Source: an uncultured Thermotogae bacterium
GTDB lineage: Bacteria; Bipolaricaulota; Bipolaricaulia; UBA7950; UBA9294
Assembly (NCBI GenBank): GCA_964568045.1
Contig: CAZMOL010000003.1
Location: 1-45,015, forward strand
DNA length: 45,015 nt
Direction: 5' to 3'
Positions 21,183 through 31,558 of this stretch are shown piece by piece. Positions within the stretch are counted from its first letter, which is position 1, and each line of letters starts with the position of its first letter. The position numbers and the translations under genes were made by a program. The notes under the pieces are model-generated. The model saw nothing but the letters and a program-made list of their open reading frames with translations. It was not told the origin of the DNA and made no database searches.

Positions 21183-23026
21183 TCCGGGTGAAGATCTGTG
21201 GAATCACGAACCCAGAGGATGCCCTGGCCGCTGCGGGAGCAGGAGCAGACCTGCTTGGCTTCGTGTTCCATCCACCCAGTCCGCGCTGCGTGGAACCCGT
21301 CCGCGCCGGAGAGGTCATCGATGTCGTCCGTCACGCCTTTCCCACTGTGGGCTTCGTCGGGGTGTTTGTAGATGAGACATTGGGAAACGTGCAGCAGACC
21401 GTATCCCATTGTGGGCTTGACTACGTGCAGCTCCACGGCAGTGAACCCCCGGAGATGATAGACGCCCTGATGGATCGTGGCACAAAGGTCATCAAGGCTT
21501 TCCGCGTCCGTGATAGGGCCTCTCTGTCCGGGATCGAGCGCTACCGTGCGACGGTCTATCTCCTCGATGCCTTTGTTCCCGAGCAGATGGGTGGAACCGG
21601 ACGCAGTTTCGACTGGACGCTGGCTGCAGAAGCGAAGGAATACGGGCCGATCCTGTTGGCCGGCGGGTTGACTCCAGAAAACGTGCACCGGGCGATCTGC
21701 GCCGTCCACCCTTGGGGGGTGGATGTCTCAACCGGCATCGAGACAACACCGGGGCGCAAGGATCACGCTCGACTGCGGCATTTCATCGCAGCAGCAGAGG
21801 GCCTCGCTCCTGCGAAGAAGCAGACGCCACAACGAGGCCCCGATGCCCGCGGCTATTTCGGAGCCTTCGGCGGAAAGTTCGTCCCGGAAACGCTGATGCC
21901 CGCCCTCGAGGAACTGGAGCGCGCGTACCACGAGGCCCGTTCGAATTCAGCGTTCCAAAACGAACTGGAGAGCCTGCTGCGGCAGTACGCGGGTAGGCCG
22001 ACGCCACTGTATCTTGCCAAGAGACTTACCGCCCACTGCGGAGGGGCACGAATGTATCTCAAGCGGGAGGACCTCGCCCACACCGGCGCCCACAAGATCA
22101 ACAACACTTTGGGCCAGGCACTCTTGGCCCAACGGATGGGAAAACACCGATTGGTCGCGGAAACCGGTGCCGGCCAACACGGGGTCGCTACTGCCACGGC
22201 TGCGGCCCTACTGGACATGGAGTGCATCGTATATATGGGTACCCAAGACATGGCCCGTCAGGCTCCCAATGTCGAACGCATGCGGCTGTTGGGCGCCGAC
22301 GTGCGTCGGGTGAACACGGGCAGCCGCACCCTCAAAGACGCGATCAACGAGGCCATCCGCGACTGGGTAACCAACGTGCGATCGACCTACTACCTGCTGG
22401 GCTCCGTCCTGGGACCGCACCCGTATCCCATGATCGTGCGCGACTTCCAGACCGTCATCGGCGAGGAGGTCCGCGAACAGATCCTGGCTGCAGAAGGGCG
22501 CTTGCCCGATTGCTTGGTTGCGTGCGTCGGCGGCGGATCAAACGCCATTGGGATCTTCTATCCCTTCTTGGGCGATGCGGTGGCAATGGTGGGTGTGGAG
22601 GCCGGTGGCCGCGGAATCGAAACCGGGGAGCATGCGGCGCGGTTCTCCGACCCCGACACAGGGCGCATCGGCGTGCTACACGGAACCCGTTCCTACGTGC
22701 TGCAAGACAACGACGGACAAATCCTGACCACCCATTCTGTCTCCGCTGGGCTTGACTATCCGGCAGTCGGTCCTGAGCTCAGCCACCTGAGAGACTCGGC
22801 CCGGGTGGAGTACACCACCGCCTCCGACGAAGAGGCACTCGATGCGTTTGACCTTCTCTGCAGGATGGAAGGGATCATCCCAGCCCTGGAATCGGCGCAC
22901 GCCCTGGCCGAGGCCGTAAAACGGGCCTCCAAGATGTCGTCTCGTCACATCATCATCGTGAACCTGTCGGGAAGAGGGGACAAGGATCTCGACACCGTGA
23001 CCGAGATAAGGAAGGCGGCTCAATGA
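21179..23026 (+). CDS. trpF-trpB: Fused phosphoribosylanthranilate isomerase / tryptophan synthase beta chain
   Basis: N-terminal VKICGIT...LAGGL.PEN...GVDVSTGIE; then [37 protein letters not shown], all in one 615-aa frame. Confidence 0.93.
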   Translation: MIRVKICGITNPEDALAAAGAGADLLGFVFHPPSPRCVEPVRAGEVIDVVRHAFPTVGFVGVFVDETLGNVQQTVSHCGLDYVQLHGSEPPEMIDALMDRGTKVIKAFRVRDRASLSGIERYRATVYLLDAFVPEQMGGTGRSFDWTLAAEAKEYGPILLAGGLTPENVHRAICAVHPWGVDVSTGIETTPGRKDHARLRHFIAAAEGLAPAKKQTPQRGPDARGYFGAFGGKFVPETLMPALEELERAYHEARSNSAFQNELESLLRQYAGRPTPLYLAKRLTAHCGGARMYLKREDLAHTGAHKINNTLGQALLAQRMGKHRLVAETGAGQHGVATATAAALLDMECIVYMGTQDMARQAPNVERMRLLGADVRRVNTGSRTLKDAINEAIRDWVTNVRSTYYLLGSVLGPHPYPMIVRDFQTVIGEEVREQILAAEGRLPDCLVACVGGGSNAIGIFYPFLGDAVAMVGVEAGGRGIETGEHAARFSDPDTGRIGVLHGTRSYVLQDNDGQILTTHSVSAGLDYPAVGPELSHLRDSARVEYTTASDEEALDAFDLLCRMEGIIPALESAHALAEAVKRASKMSSRHIIIVNLSGRGDKDLDTVTEIRKAAQ

Positions 23027-23880
23027 CTGCTACAAGCGGCATTCAACGAATCGCTGCTGCGTTTGAGCGGGCGCGAACTGAAGAACGTGCGGCTCTGATT
23101 CCGTATGTGGCCCTGGGCCATCCTACACCGGAGATGTCGCTCAAGCTGGCCGCGGCGGCTATCGAAGGTGGAGCTGACTTGCTGGAACTCGGCGTGCCCT
23201 TCTCTGACCCCCTGGCCGATGGCCCTGTCATCCAGCGCGCTACACAAACGGCCCTGCAACAGGGCGTCACGGTACTCCGTTGTTTAGAGTTGGCACAGAC
23301 GCTACGGCAGCGAAAGCCCGAGATTCCCCTCATCTTCATGGGGTACTACAATCCCATTCTTACCTACGGCGAAGACGCCTTCTGCCGCGCCTGCGATGTG
23401 GCGGGAGTGGACGGCCTGATCGTACCGGATCTGCCACCGGAAGAAGGAGAAGAGCTGGAAGCCGCGTGTCAGGTTCATGGCCTGGCGCTTGTCTACCTGT
23501 TGTCCCCAACCAGCACTCCGCAGCGCGTTCACCTCGTTACGCAGCACTCTCAGGGGTTCGTTTACCTCGTATCGCTGGCGGGGGTCACCGGACCCCGAGA
23601 TCGTTTACCCGCCGATCTACCCGCGTTTGTGAAGCAAGTGCGGATGGCAACGGACAAACCCCTGGCAGTTGGCTTTGGGATCGCCTCTGCCCAACAAGCC
23701 GGGCGGGTCGCCGCCCTAGCAGACGGCGTCATCGTTGGCAGTGCGTTGGTTCGCCTGGCTGAAGAGGTAAGTGCTGAATCCAAGGTAAGATCCTTCGTGG
23801 CCGGCTTGCGCCAGGCAATGACCACCCCAAAGGTCAGCCTCGGTTCCAGCCGTGATGAGCAATCGAGGAGGAAGACCTGA
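23023..23880 (+). CDS. trpA: Tryptophan synthase alpha chain
   Basis: [41 protein letters not shown]. Confidence 0.97.
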   Translation: MTATSGIQRIAAAFERARTEERAALIPYVALGHPTPEMSLKLAAAAIEGGADLLELGVPFSDPLADGPVIQRATQTALQQGVTVLRCLELAQTLRQRKPEIPLIFMGYYNPILTYGEDAFCRACDVAGVDGLIVPDLPPEEGEELEAACQVHGLALVYLLSPTSTPQRVHLVTQHSQGFVYLVSLAGVTGPRDRLPADLPAFVKQVRMATDKPLAVGFGIASAQQAGRVAALADGVIVGSALVRLAEEVSAESKVRSFVAGLRQAMTTPKVSLGSSRDEQSRRKT

Positions 23881-25016
23881 TGCTTCGTTTTCTGACCGCC
23901 GGCGAATCGCACGGTCCCTGCCTAATCGCCATCGTGGAAGGGATGCCTGCCGGCCTGATGGTGGATGTGGAAGCGATCCATCACGATCTGGCCCGCCGCC
24001 AGCGCGGCTACGGCCGCGGAGAAAGGATGCAAATCGAGCAGGATCGAGTGGAACTGCTGGGTGGGGTAATCGCCGGCAAGACAACCGGTGCACCAATGGC
24101 ACTGCGCATCGAGAACCGCGACTGGGCCAATTGGCGTGATCGTTGGGATAGCGGTGATCTGCCCAAGCTGACTGTGCCCCGTCCCGGCCACGCTGACTAT
24201 GCCGGCGCGGTCAAGTACGGTCTGGATGATGCCCGCTCGATTCTCGAACGGGCCAGCGCGCGGGAGACCGCGGCCAGGGTGGCAGTCGGTTCACTGGCCA
24301 AGCAGCTGCACGCCGCGTTTGACATCGCCGTCGGCAGCTACGTCGCACAGATCGGTGACGTCCTCGCCACGATCCCCAACCTTCTGCCAGAGGAATTGTG
24401 GAAGCTCGCCGAGGCAAATGATGTGCGTTGTCCCGACGAGGAGGCTGCCGTCCAAATGCGGTCGGCGATTGATGCGGCACGCGAAGCCGGTGACTCACTC
24501 GGCGGCGTGTTTGTTGTCATCGCGACTGGAGTACCGGTCGGACTGGGCAGTCACGTGCACTGGGATCGCCGACTCGACGGCAGACTCGCCTCAGCGATGA
24601 TGTCCATCCCCGCGATTAAGGGCGTGGAGATCGGTCCGGCTTTCGCAAACGCCCGTCGTCCGGGTACACAGGTGCACGACGAACTCCTTCCAAACGGCAA
24701 GGGCGGTGTGACACACGGTACAAATCGAGCCGGTGGCGTCGAAGGCGGGATGAGCAACGGCGCACCGATTGTCATTCGAGCAGCGATGAAGCCGATCCCG
24801 ACCACGCTCACACCACTTCGCTCGGTCGATCTCGCCACCAATGAGCCGGCACAGACCCAGTACCAGCGCTCCGACGTCTGTGCCGTGCCCGCTGCATCAG
24901 TGGTCGGTGAGGCGATGGTCGCCTGGGTGCTGGCCGATGCCCTGGTGGAGAAGCTGGGCGGCGACAGCCTGGCTGAGATGAAGGCCCATTGGAACAGCTG
25001 GAGACAGCATGGGTGA
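23880..25016 (+). CDS. aroC: Chorismate synthase
   Basis: TAGESHG, RPGHAD, ERASARETAARV, KPIPT, RSDVCAVP. Confidence 0.97.
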   Translation: MLRFLTAGESHGPCLIAIVEGMPAGLMVDVEAIHHDLARRQRGYGRGERMQIEQDRVELLGGVIAGKTTGAPMALRIENRDWANWRDRWDSGDLPKLTVPRPGHADYAGAVKYGLDDARSILERASARETAARVAVGSLAKQLHAAFDIAVGSYVAQIGDVLATIPNLLPEELWKLAEANDVRCPDEEAAVQMRSAIDAAREAGDSLGGVFVVIATGVPVGLGSHVHWDRRLDGRLASAMMSIPAIKGVEIGPAFANARRPGTQVHDELLPNGKGGVTHGTNRAGGVEGGMSNGAPIVIRAAMKPIPTTLTPLRSVDLATNEPAQTQYQRSDVCAVPAASVVGEAMVAWVLADALVEKLGGDSLAEMKAHWNSWRQHG

Positions 25017-26607
25017 CAGCGGAAACGTCATCATCACCGGGTTCATGGGCACAGGCAAAACGGCGGTGGGCCGGAAGGTTGCGCGGCTGCTGGGCCGTCC
25101 GTTCGTGGACATGGACGCAGAGATCAGGAAGCGAGCGGGCAAATCGATCCACGACATCTTCGCCGAAGACGGAGAGTCCACGTTCCGAGAAATGGAAACC
25201 GCCCTGTGCGAGGAATTGTGCGCACAACGGGAATTGGTGATCGCCACCGGCGGCGGTACGCTGGTCGATCCCACCAATCGGGAGCGGATGATGTTAAGCG
25301 GAACTGTCGTCTGTCTGAGCTGCAACGTCGATGAGATTGCTCGCCGCGTCAGCAGAAACCCACATCGGCCGTTACTCGACGTGGCCGACCCCCCCGCCGA
25401 GATCGAGCGATTGTTGGCGAAAAGACACGCGGCCTACACTGCCATTCCTTGGCAGATCGAGGCCAGTGGCCTCTCCATAGAGGACGTGGCCGCACGCGTG
25501 ATCGAAATGGCCGGCGTCATCACCCTTCCGGTTCACCACCCCGATGGCGAGTATCCCGTTCACATCGGCAACGACCTGCTGTCGCACATCGGCGGAGCGC
25601 TGCACGCCAGCGGTGTAGTTGAAGGCACTCGCGTCGCCGTGGTGTCGAATCCAGTTGTCGGTCCGCTCTGCAGTGTGAAGGTCGAGGAAGCCTTGCGATC
25701 GGCAGAATTTCAACCCTTCGCCTGCTCCATCCCCGATGGTGAGCAGCACAAAACGCTCACCGCCGTCGCCGGTCTCTACGATCGGTTCCTCAAACGGGGA
25801 CTTGACCGCACCGGTGTTGTGTTGGCACTCGGGGGTGGGGTAACCGGCGATGTCGTAGGCTTTGCCGCAGCAACCTACATGCGCGGTGTCCGTCTCGTTC
25901 AAGTGCCGACCACGCTTCTGGCAATGGTTGACGCCAGTGTGGGCGGCAAGACCGGTGTCGACCTTCCTCAAGGAAAGAACTTGATCGGCACATTCAAGCA
26001 ACCAGTCTTGGTGGTCATCGATCCGTCCGTACTGGCAACGCTTCCCGACGAAGAGATGCGCTGTGGCCTGGCCGAGGTCATCAAACACGGGGTGATCGGT
26101 GATCCGGACCTCTTTGCGGAGCTGGAGGCTGGTGAAGCTGAGCTTCCTTCGTGGTGGAGTCAACAAGGGGCAAACCGCATTGCCCAAGCACTGCGAGTCA
26201 AGATCGGCGTGGTCGAGGAGGACCCATTCGAGAAAGGCCGCCGTGCCGTGCTCAACCTCGGTCACACCGTGGGCCACGGACTGGAGCGGTTGAGTGACTT
26301 CAACATGCGTCACGGCGAAGCGGTGAGCATCGGAATGGCAGTTGTAGCACGGATTGCCGCCGAGCTGGATCGGGCCGAACAGTCGCTCGTCGAGAGAATC
26401 GAGGCGATACTGACGGCCTGGGAGCTGCCGGTCCGATGCCCTCCGGTTGATGCAGAAGCCATCTGGTCAGCAATGACCCACGACAAGAAGAAGCGCGGCA
26501 ATGCGCTTCGTTGGGTACTACCTCGTACGATCGGCGAAGTGGAGATAGTCGAAGACGTACCCCCTTCCCTGGTAAAATCCGTACTACGCAGCCTAGGCGC
26601 GAGGTGA
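25009..26607 (+). CDS. aroK-aroB: Fused shikimate kinase / 3-dehydroquinate synthase
   Basis: [21 protein letters not shown]; then [40 protein letters not shown]. Confidence 0.95.
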   Translation: MGDSGNVIITGFMGTGKTAVGRKVARLLGRPFVDMDAEIRKRAGKSIHDIFAEDGESTFREMETALCEELCAQRELVIATGGGTLVDPTNRERMMLSGTVVCLSCNVDEIARRVSRNPHRPLLDVADPPAEIERLLAKRHAAYTAIPWQIEASGLSIEDVAARVIEMAGVITLPVHHPDGEYPVHIGNDLLSHIGGALHASGVVEGTRVAVVSNPVVGPLCSVKVEEALRSAEFQPFACSIPDGEQHKTLTAVAGLYDRFLKRGLDRTGVVLALGGGVTGDVVGFAAATYMRGVRLVQVPTTLLAMVDASVGGKTGVDLPQGKNLIGTFKQPVLVVIDPSVLATLPDEEMRCGLAEVIKHGVIGDPDLFAELEAGEAELPSWWSQQGANRIAQALRVKIGVVEEDPFEKGRRAVLNLGHTVGHGLERLSDFNMRHGEAVSIGMAVVARIAAELDRAEQSLVERIEAILTAWELPVRCPPVDAEAIWSAMTHDKKKRGNALRWVLPRTIGEVEIVEDVPPSLVKSVLRSLGAR

Positions 26608-26612
26608 AACAA

Positions 26613-27077
26613 ATGACTGACAACAGTCTCAAGGTATTGGTGCTGCACGGCCCCAATCTCAATCTGCTTGGCCAAAGGGAGCCGCAGCTCTACGGCCACA
26701 TGACGCTTGGAGAGATCAACGCGGCGCTGCGTAACGCCGCTGTCGAACACAAGGCGGAGCTTCGCATTGTGCAATCCAACCACGAGGGCGCGCTGATCGA
26801 TGCCCTGCATGAAGCGATGGCTTGGGCCGACGGTGTCCTCATCAATCCCGGCGCCTACACTCATACGAGCATCGCCCTGCGGGACGCCATCGCCGCTGTG
26901 GGACTCCCCGCCGTGGAGATCCACCTATCGAACATCCACGCCCGCGAGCCATTCCGCCGCCGCTCGCTCATCGCGCCGGTCTGTGTTGGACAGATTATTG
27001 GATTTGGCTGGCACAGTTACCTGCTCGGACTCACTGCACTGCTCGATCATTTGACGGACAAGGAGGAATCAACGTGA
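26613..27077 (+). CDS. aroQ: Type II 3-dehydroquinate dehydratase
   Basis: [41 protein letters not shown]. Confidence 0.96.
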   Translation: MTDNSLKVLVLHGPNLNLLGQREPQLYGHMTLGEINAALRNAAVEHKAELRIVQSNHEGALIDALHEAMAWADGVLINPGAYTHTSIALRDAIAAVGLPAVEIHLSNIHAREPFRRRSLIAPVCVGQIIGFGWHSYLLGLTALLDHLTDKEEST

Positions 27078-28279
27078 AATGCGCCAAACGGCTGTCCAAC
27101 GTCCCGTCCTATCCCTTCGCCCGTTGGGCAACGCACGTCAAAGCGGCCCAAGACAAGGGATTGGAGGTCATTCGCTTGGACATGGGAAACCCCGACATGC
27201 CGCCGTCCGAGGAGGTCATCGCGGCAATGTGTCAATCTGCGCATCGCCCCGATCACCACGGCTATCCCGGCTTCCGCGGAATCCCTGCGCTGCGCGAGGC
27301 AGTCGCGGACTACTACCAGCGACGGTTCGGCGTTGTGCTCGATCCGGAGACCCAGGTTGTGCCGCTTCTCGGTTCCAAAGAGGGCATCGTCAATATGGCC
27401 CTGGCGTGTCTTGATCCCGGCGACGTGGCACTGGTACCCGATCCCGGCTACGCGCCCTATACCATGGGCACAATCCTGTCCGGCGCCACGGTCAACACCT
27501 TCCTCCTGCAACAAGAGCGGGGGTTCCTGCCGGATCTGGATTCCATCCCAACCGACGTCGCCGATCGAGCGGTGTTGATGTGGCTGAACTATCCGAACAA
27601 CCCCACCGGCGCCACGGCGAATCTTGATTTCTTTTCCCAGGCGGTCGAGTTTGCCCGTAGGCATAGGCTGCTGCTGTGCCACGACGCGCCGTACAGCGAC
27701 GTCACTTACAGCGGCTACGTCGCGTCGAGCCTGTTGCAGGTTCCCGGCGCTACTGAGGTCGCGGTGGAACTCAATTCCCTGTCCAAGACCTTCAACATGG
27801 CCGGCTGGCGTGTGGGAATGGCCGTTGGCAATGCGGAGGCACTGGCGTTGCTCGCCCGTGTCAAATCAAACGTCGATTCGGGCATCTTCCGCCCGCTGCA
27901 GGAGGCGGCGGTGTGTGCCCTGTCCGCAACACCGGAGTCGATCTCGGCACGCAACGCAATCTACCGCGAGCGGATGGAGCTTGTGGTAGAAGGCCTAAAG
28001 GCGATCGGCATCGATGCACCACTTCCACGAGCGACGCTCTACCTTTGGGCGAAAATTCCATCGAGCTGGACCTCGGAAGCCTTCGCGCTCTCTTTGCTCA
28101 ACGAAACCGGCATCTCCGTTGCGCCCGGCTCGTTCTTCGGCCCCGCCGGCGAAGGCTACATCCGGGTCTCCGTCACCGCGTCGACGGAGAAGGTTCAAGA
28201 AGCGAGCAAGCGACTTCAAAGCTGCGCGAAGGAGTGGATCGCGAAGGGCTCGAAACAGGGGACGACAGCAAACAGTTGA
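27074..28279 (+). CDS. PLP-dependent class I/II aminotransferase, probably the terminal aromatic aminotransferase
   Basis: GTG after AGGAGG overlaps the aroQ stop; [36 protein letters not shown]. Confidence 0.85.
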   Translation: MKCAKRLSNVPSYPFARWATHVKAAQDKGLEVIRLDMGNPDMPPSEEVIAAMCQSAHRPDHHGYPGFRGIPALREAVADYYQRRFGVVLDPETQVVPLLGSKEGIVNMALACLDPGDVALVPDPGYAPYTMGTILSGATVNTFLLQQERGFLPDLDSIPTDVADRAVLMWLNYPNNPTGATANLDFFSQAVEFARRHRLLLCHDAPYSDVTYSGYVASSLLQVPGATEVAVELNSLSKTFNMAGWRVGMAVGNAEALALLARVKSNVDSGIFRPLQEAAVCALSATPESISARNAIYRERMELVVEGLKAIGIDAPLPRATLYLWAKIPSSWTSEAFALSLLNETGISVAPGSFFGPAGEGYIRVSVTASTEKVQEASKRLQSCAKEWIAKGSKQGTTANS

Positions 28280-28375
28280 GCGCACCTTTGCACAGACTCC
28301 CCAGACCACTGCAAGAGAGGCCAGCTTGCATGCATCACTCGGATTCGAGTACTGTATTGCGATTCGGGAGGTATC

Positions 28376-29380
28376 ATGAGCGACTTCATTGACCGGGTAT
28401 TGGATCCTCAGCCGCAGCGCAAGAACGCTGATTGGCAGCGGCTGCTAAGAAGGATGCAGGGCGGCATCGGGTGGATCGTCATCGGGGTGATTGTCGCGAT
28501 CTATCTGTTGACGGGGATTTACACGATCGGCCCATCCGAGGTGGGGCTGGTCAAACGGTTCGGCCGTTTCGTCGCGACCGTGGAGCCGGGGTTGCACTAC
28601 CACCTGCCCTCGCCGATCGAAAGCGTGGTTGCGGTAAACGTACTGGAGATACGAAAAGAAGAGATTGGATTCAGAACGGTCTCGCCTCCCCCCAGTCCGC
28701 GGTATCAAACCGTGGAGACGGAAGCCCTCATGCTGACCGGTGATGGGAACATCGCGCACGTGGAGATGGTCGTACAGTATCGGGTCAAGGACGCAGAGCA
28801 GTTCGCATTCAACATAATACATCCCAAGACGATTGTCAAGCAGGCGGCGGAGGCCGTACTGCGCGAACAGGTGGCGACACGAACGCTCGATGAAACGCTG
28901 ACCGAGGAACGCGACGTAATCGGTGTCGACACGATCGTCGCACTGCAGACGTTGCTCGATACCTACGGGGCAGGAATTGTGGTAGGCAACGTGCAGCTTC
29001 AGGATGTGAAGCCCCCGCGGGAGGTTATCTCGGCCTTTGACGACGTCAACAGCGCCCGCCAAGACAAGGAGAAACTGATCAACAAAGCGGAGGAATACGC
29101 GATGGATATCCTCCCCCGCGCCCGCGGGCAGGCACAGGAGATCGCCAATCAGGCCGAGGCCTACAAGCAAGAACGGATCAAGCGGGCGGAGGGAGACGTT
29201 GCCCGTTTCCTGGAGGTACTGACGAAGTACGAACTGGGCAAAGACGTCACCAGAACGCGCATCTACATCGAGACGATGGAAGAGATCCTCCCGGGGATGG
29301 ACAAGATCATCCTGTCCCAAGATGCAAGCGGGGTTCTGAAACTGCTTGACCTGAGCAAGACCTTTTTGGGGGGTGAGTGA
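28376..29380 (+). CDS. hflK: FtsH modulator HflK
   Basis: TM segment plus SPFH domain; MLTGDGNI, V..AFDDV, ARG.A, AEAYK...I..AEG, R.YIETME. Confidence 0.93.
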   Translation: MSDFIDRVLDPQPQRKNADWQRLLRRMQGGIGWIVIGVIVAIYLLTGIYTIGPSEVGLVKRFGRFVATVEPGLHYHLPSPIESVVAVNVLEIRKEEIGFRTVSPPPSPRYQTVETEALMLTGDGNIAHVEMVVQYRVKDAEQFAFNIIHPKTIVKQAAEAVLREQVATRTLDETLTEERDVIGVDTIVALQTLLDTYGAGIVVGNVQLQDVKPPREVISAFDDVNSARQDKEKLINKAEEYAMDILPRARGQAQEIANQAEAYKQERIKRAEGDVARFLEVLTKYELGKDVTRTRIYIETMEEILPGMDKIILSQDASGVLKLLDLSKTFLGGE

Positions 29381-30243
29381 CGATGAAAAAGCTCATCATC
29401 TTTGCCGGAGTCGTTGTTTTGTTGATCATCGTCTATAACCTGTTCACATTCACTGTGGATGAGACCAAGAAGGCCGCTGTCCTGCGGTTCGGGGAGATCG
29501 TCAAGCTCGCCGAGGAGCCGGGGCTCTACTTCAAGATACCGTTCGTCCAACGTGTGACATACCTGGAGGATCGGGTCTTAAACTACGACATCCAACCACG
29601 CGACATCCTTACCTCCGACCAGAAGCGACTGATCATCGATAACTACGCCATCTGGCGGGTGGGAGACCCCAAACTGTTCATCGAGGCTACAAGAGGGAGC
29701 CTGTTGAACGCGCAGAGCCGGATCGATGACATCGTCTATTCCGATCTACGCAATATCCTTGCAAAGCACACCTTGAATGAGATCGTCTCGGAGAAGCGGT
29801 TGGAGTACTTACAGCAGGTGACGGAGTTCAGCCGGGGTAAGCTGGGGAAATTCGGCATCGTTTTGATCGATGTGCGTATCAAGCGCGCCGATCTTCCAAC
29901 GGAGATCGAGAAGGCGGTGTTTTCGAGGATGCGCTCGGAGCGGGAGCGAATCGCTGCACAGCTGCGGGCAGAGGGCGAGGAACAGGCCAAGCAAATCACG
30001 TCCAGCGCCGACAAGGACAAGGAGATCCTTCTTGCCGACGCACGAAAAGGTGCAGAGAAGGTGATGGGACAAGGAGACGCACAGGCACTCGAAACCTATG
30101 CCAACGCCTACAATCAGGATCCTAAGTTCTACCGCTTCTGGCGCACCCTGGAATCCTACAAGATCGCCCTCAAAGACGGCTCCCGCATTGTGCTGTCAAC
30201 GGATTCTGACTACCTCGAGTTCCTGGAGGGGATGGTGAAGTAG
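29377..30243 (+). CDS. hflC: FtsH modulator HflC
   Basis: PGLYFKIPFVQ, DVRIKRADLP, RMRSER...A...RAEG, FYRF.R.LESY. Confidence 0.93.
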   Translation: MTMKKLIIFAGVVVLLIIVYNLFTFTVDETKKAAVLRFGEIVKLAEEPGLYFKIPFVQRVTYLEDRVLNYDIQPRDILTSDQKRLIIDNYAIWRVGDPKLFIEATRGSLLNAQSRIDDIVYSDLRNILAKHTLNEIVSEKRLEYLQQVTEFSRGKLGKFGIVLIDVRIKRADLPTEIEKAVFSRMRSERERIAAQLRAEGEEQAKQITSSADKDKEILLADARKGAEKVMGQGDAQALETYANAYNQDPKFYRFWRTLESYKIALKDGSRIVLSTDSDYLEFLEGMVK

Positions 30244-30320
30244 GCAAACCGCGGGATCCCCTGGTGAGCCCGCTCCAAAAAAGCGGCCGCGGAACGTATA
30301 ATCCCACACGCAACACAGAA

Positions 30321-30355
30321 TAAAGAACCCCCGCAGCTTGCTGCGGGGTTCTTTA
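30321..30355. terminator. Probable bidirectional intrinsic terminator
   Basis: taaagaacccccgcagc-tt-gctgcggggttcttta hairpin with A- and T-rich flanks after hflC. Confidence 0.7.
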
Positions 30356-30510
30356 CTTTCAAGCCTCACTTCCCTGTATCCCCATACCAGCTTAGGAAAC
30401 GTCTCAAGAAAAAAGTTTCCTCACTATTCGGCCTGCCTGCTGCCCGCCTGGCCAGTCGGACAGGCAGGCAGGTGTGGGTACCCTGTCAACAGGTGCACCT
30501 GCGTAGGCAA

Positions 30511-30782
30511 GCTCGACTTCGAGCTCAACCACCAAAAGCAAGGGGCTTATTGATTATTAGGAGGCCAAGAAACCAGGAAAAGAATCGACTTCCTGTTTTC
30601 TCAGATCAGAACTACGGTCTTGTCTCTCCTCCTGGATTCCTGATTTCCTTATTGCAAGACTGTATTCAGGCTCGACTTCGAGCTCAACCTCCTAAAGCGA
30701 GGGTCTTACTGACTATCAGGAGGCCAGGAAACCAAGAAATGATTTAGCCCCGTGACTTCTCATGGCTTCATGGCTTCCTTAT
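30511..30782. repeat. Degenerate tandem duplication (period 159 bp) of a hairpin-containing unit
   Basis: gctcgacttcgagctcaacc is identical at 30511 and 30670, followed by ~50 bp of similar sequence; each unit has imperfect inverted arms (aggaggccaagaaaccagga / tcctggattcctgatttcct). Confidence 0.8.
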
Positions 30783-30856
30783 AACAAGGTTGCAAGCAGT
30801 TTCCCTTTGGGTTATCCGCCTGAAACAGCGAGGAGCCATTTCTTACTATTCCAGCC

Positions 30857-31558
30857 TTAAGCGCGGCGGAGATTGCTTTTTGCCGGCGGGGTAAAGCTTA
30901 AATGAGTTTCCGTGGCAGCGTCCAGATCGGAATACACCCCTCGATTGGCCGGAGAAAGAAGCGCCGCCAACTGATACATGATCTCATCGGCGATCTGCCG
31001 GCGGAGTTCGCGCCTCACTTTCTCCTGGCCCACGTGCACTCGAAACGGATCGCCCACCACGATGTGAAAGGACGTGCGGCGCAGGCGCTTCAAGTTTTGC
31101 CAGAAGGCCTCTCCGCCGTAGAAGACCAGCGGCAACAACGGCGCGCCGCTTTTAAGCGCCAGCATCACTGCCCCGGGGTGCCCCTGCTGCAATCGGCCGT
31201 GGCCGCTACGGGTCCCCTCCGGCGCAACAGCAAGGATGGACCCACGCTCGAGCGTTGCCAGGCACTTTCGAAGAGCGGCTCGATCGGTTTCGCCCCGCCG
31301 TATGGGAATCGCCCCCCACAGGTTGAACAAAAAGCGGACGATGGGCTTGTCCCACGACTCAGTCTTGGCTAGGCCGGTCACCGGACGGGGGCGTAGATGT
31401 ATGTGGAGGACGGGGATTTCCAGGAAGTTGACGTGATTTGTGACAAGGATGAGCGGTCCCTCCGCCGGTACCTTCTCCAACTGCGCGCCGTCCACCCGAC
31501 AGAGAACGCGCAGCAGACCACCGATAATCACGTCCACAACACGCGTGGTCAGACTCAT
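30857..31558 (-). CDS. Lysophospholipid acyltransferase (PlsC family)
   Basis: NHVNFLE (HX4D/E), GAIPIRRG, PEGTRS motifs. Confidence 0.88.
   Translation of the reverse strand: MSLTTRVVDVIIGGLLRVLCRVDGAQLEKVPAEGPLILVTNHVNFLEIPVLHIHLRPRPVTGLAKTESWDKPIVRFLFNLWGAIPIRRGETDRAALRKCLATLERGSILAVAPEGTRSGHGRLQQGHPGAVMLALKSGAPLLPLVFYGGEAFWQNLKRLRRTSFHIVVGDPFRVHVGQEKVRRELRRQIADEIMYQLAALLSPANRGVYSDLDAATETHLSFTPPAKSNLRRA

Noticed and set aside
13764-27073. Long N-terminal extensions of tyrA (13764), trpE (17173), trpC (19995), aroQ (26511) and the aminotransferase (26822)
   Set aside because: They overlap upstream genes or the leader; RBS-supported or stop-overlapping starts lie downstream.
30338-30747. 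ORFs 30338-30553 and 30472-30747
   Set aside because: They cross a terminator and DNA repeats; the repeated peptide simply mirrors the 159-bp duplication.
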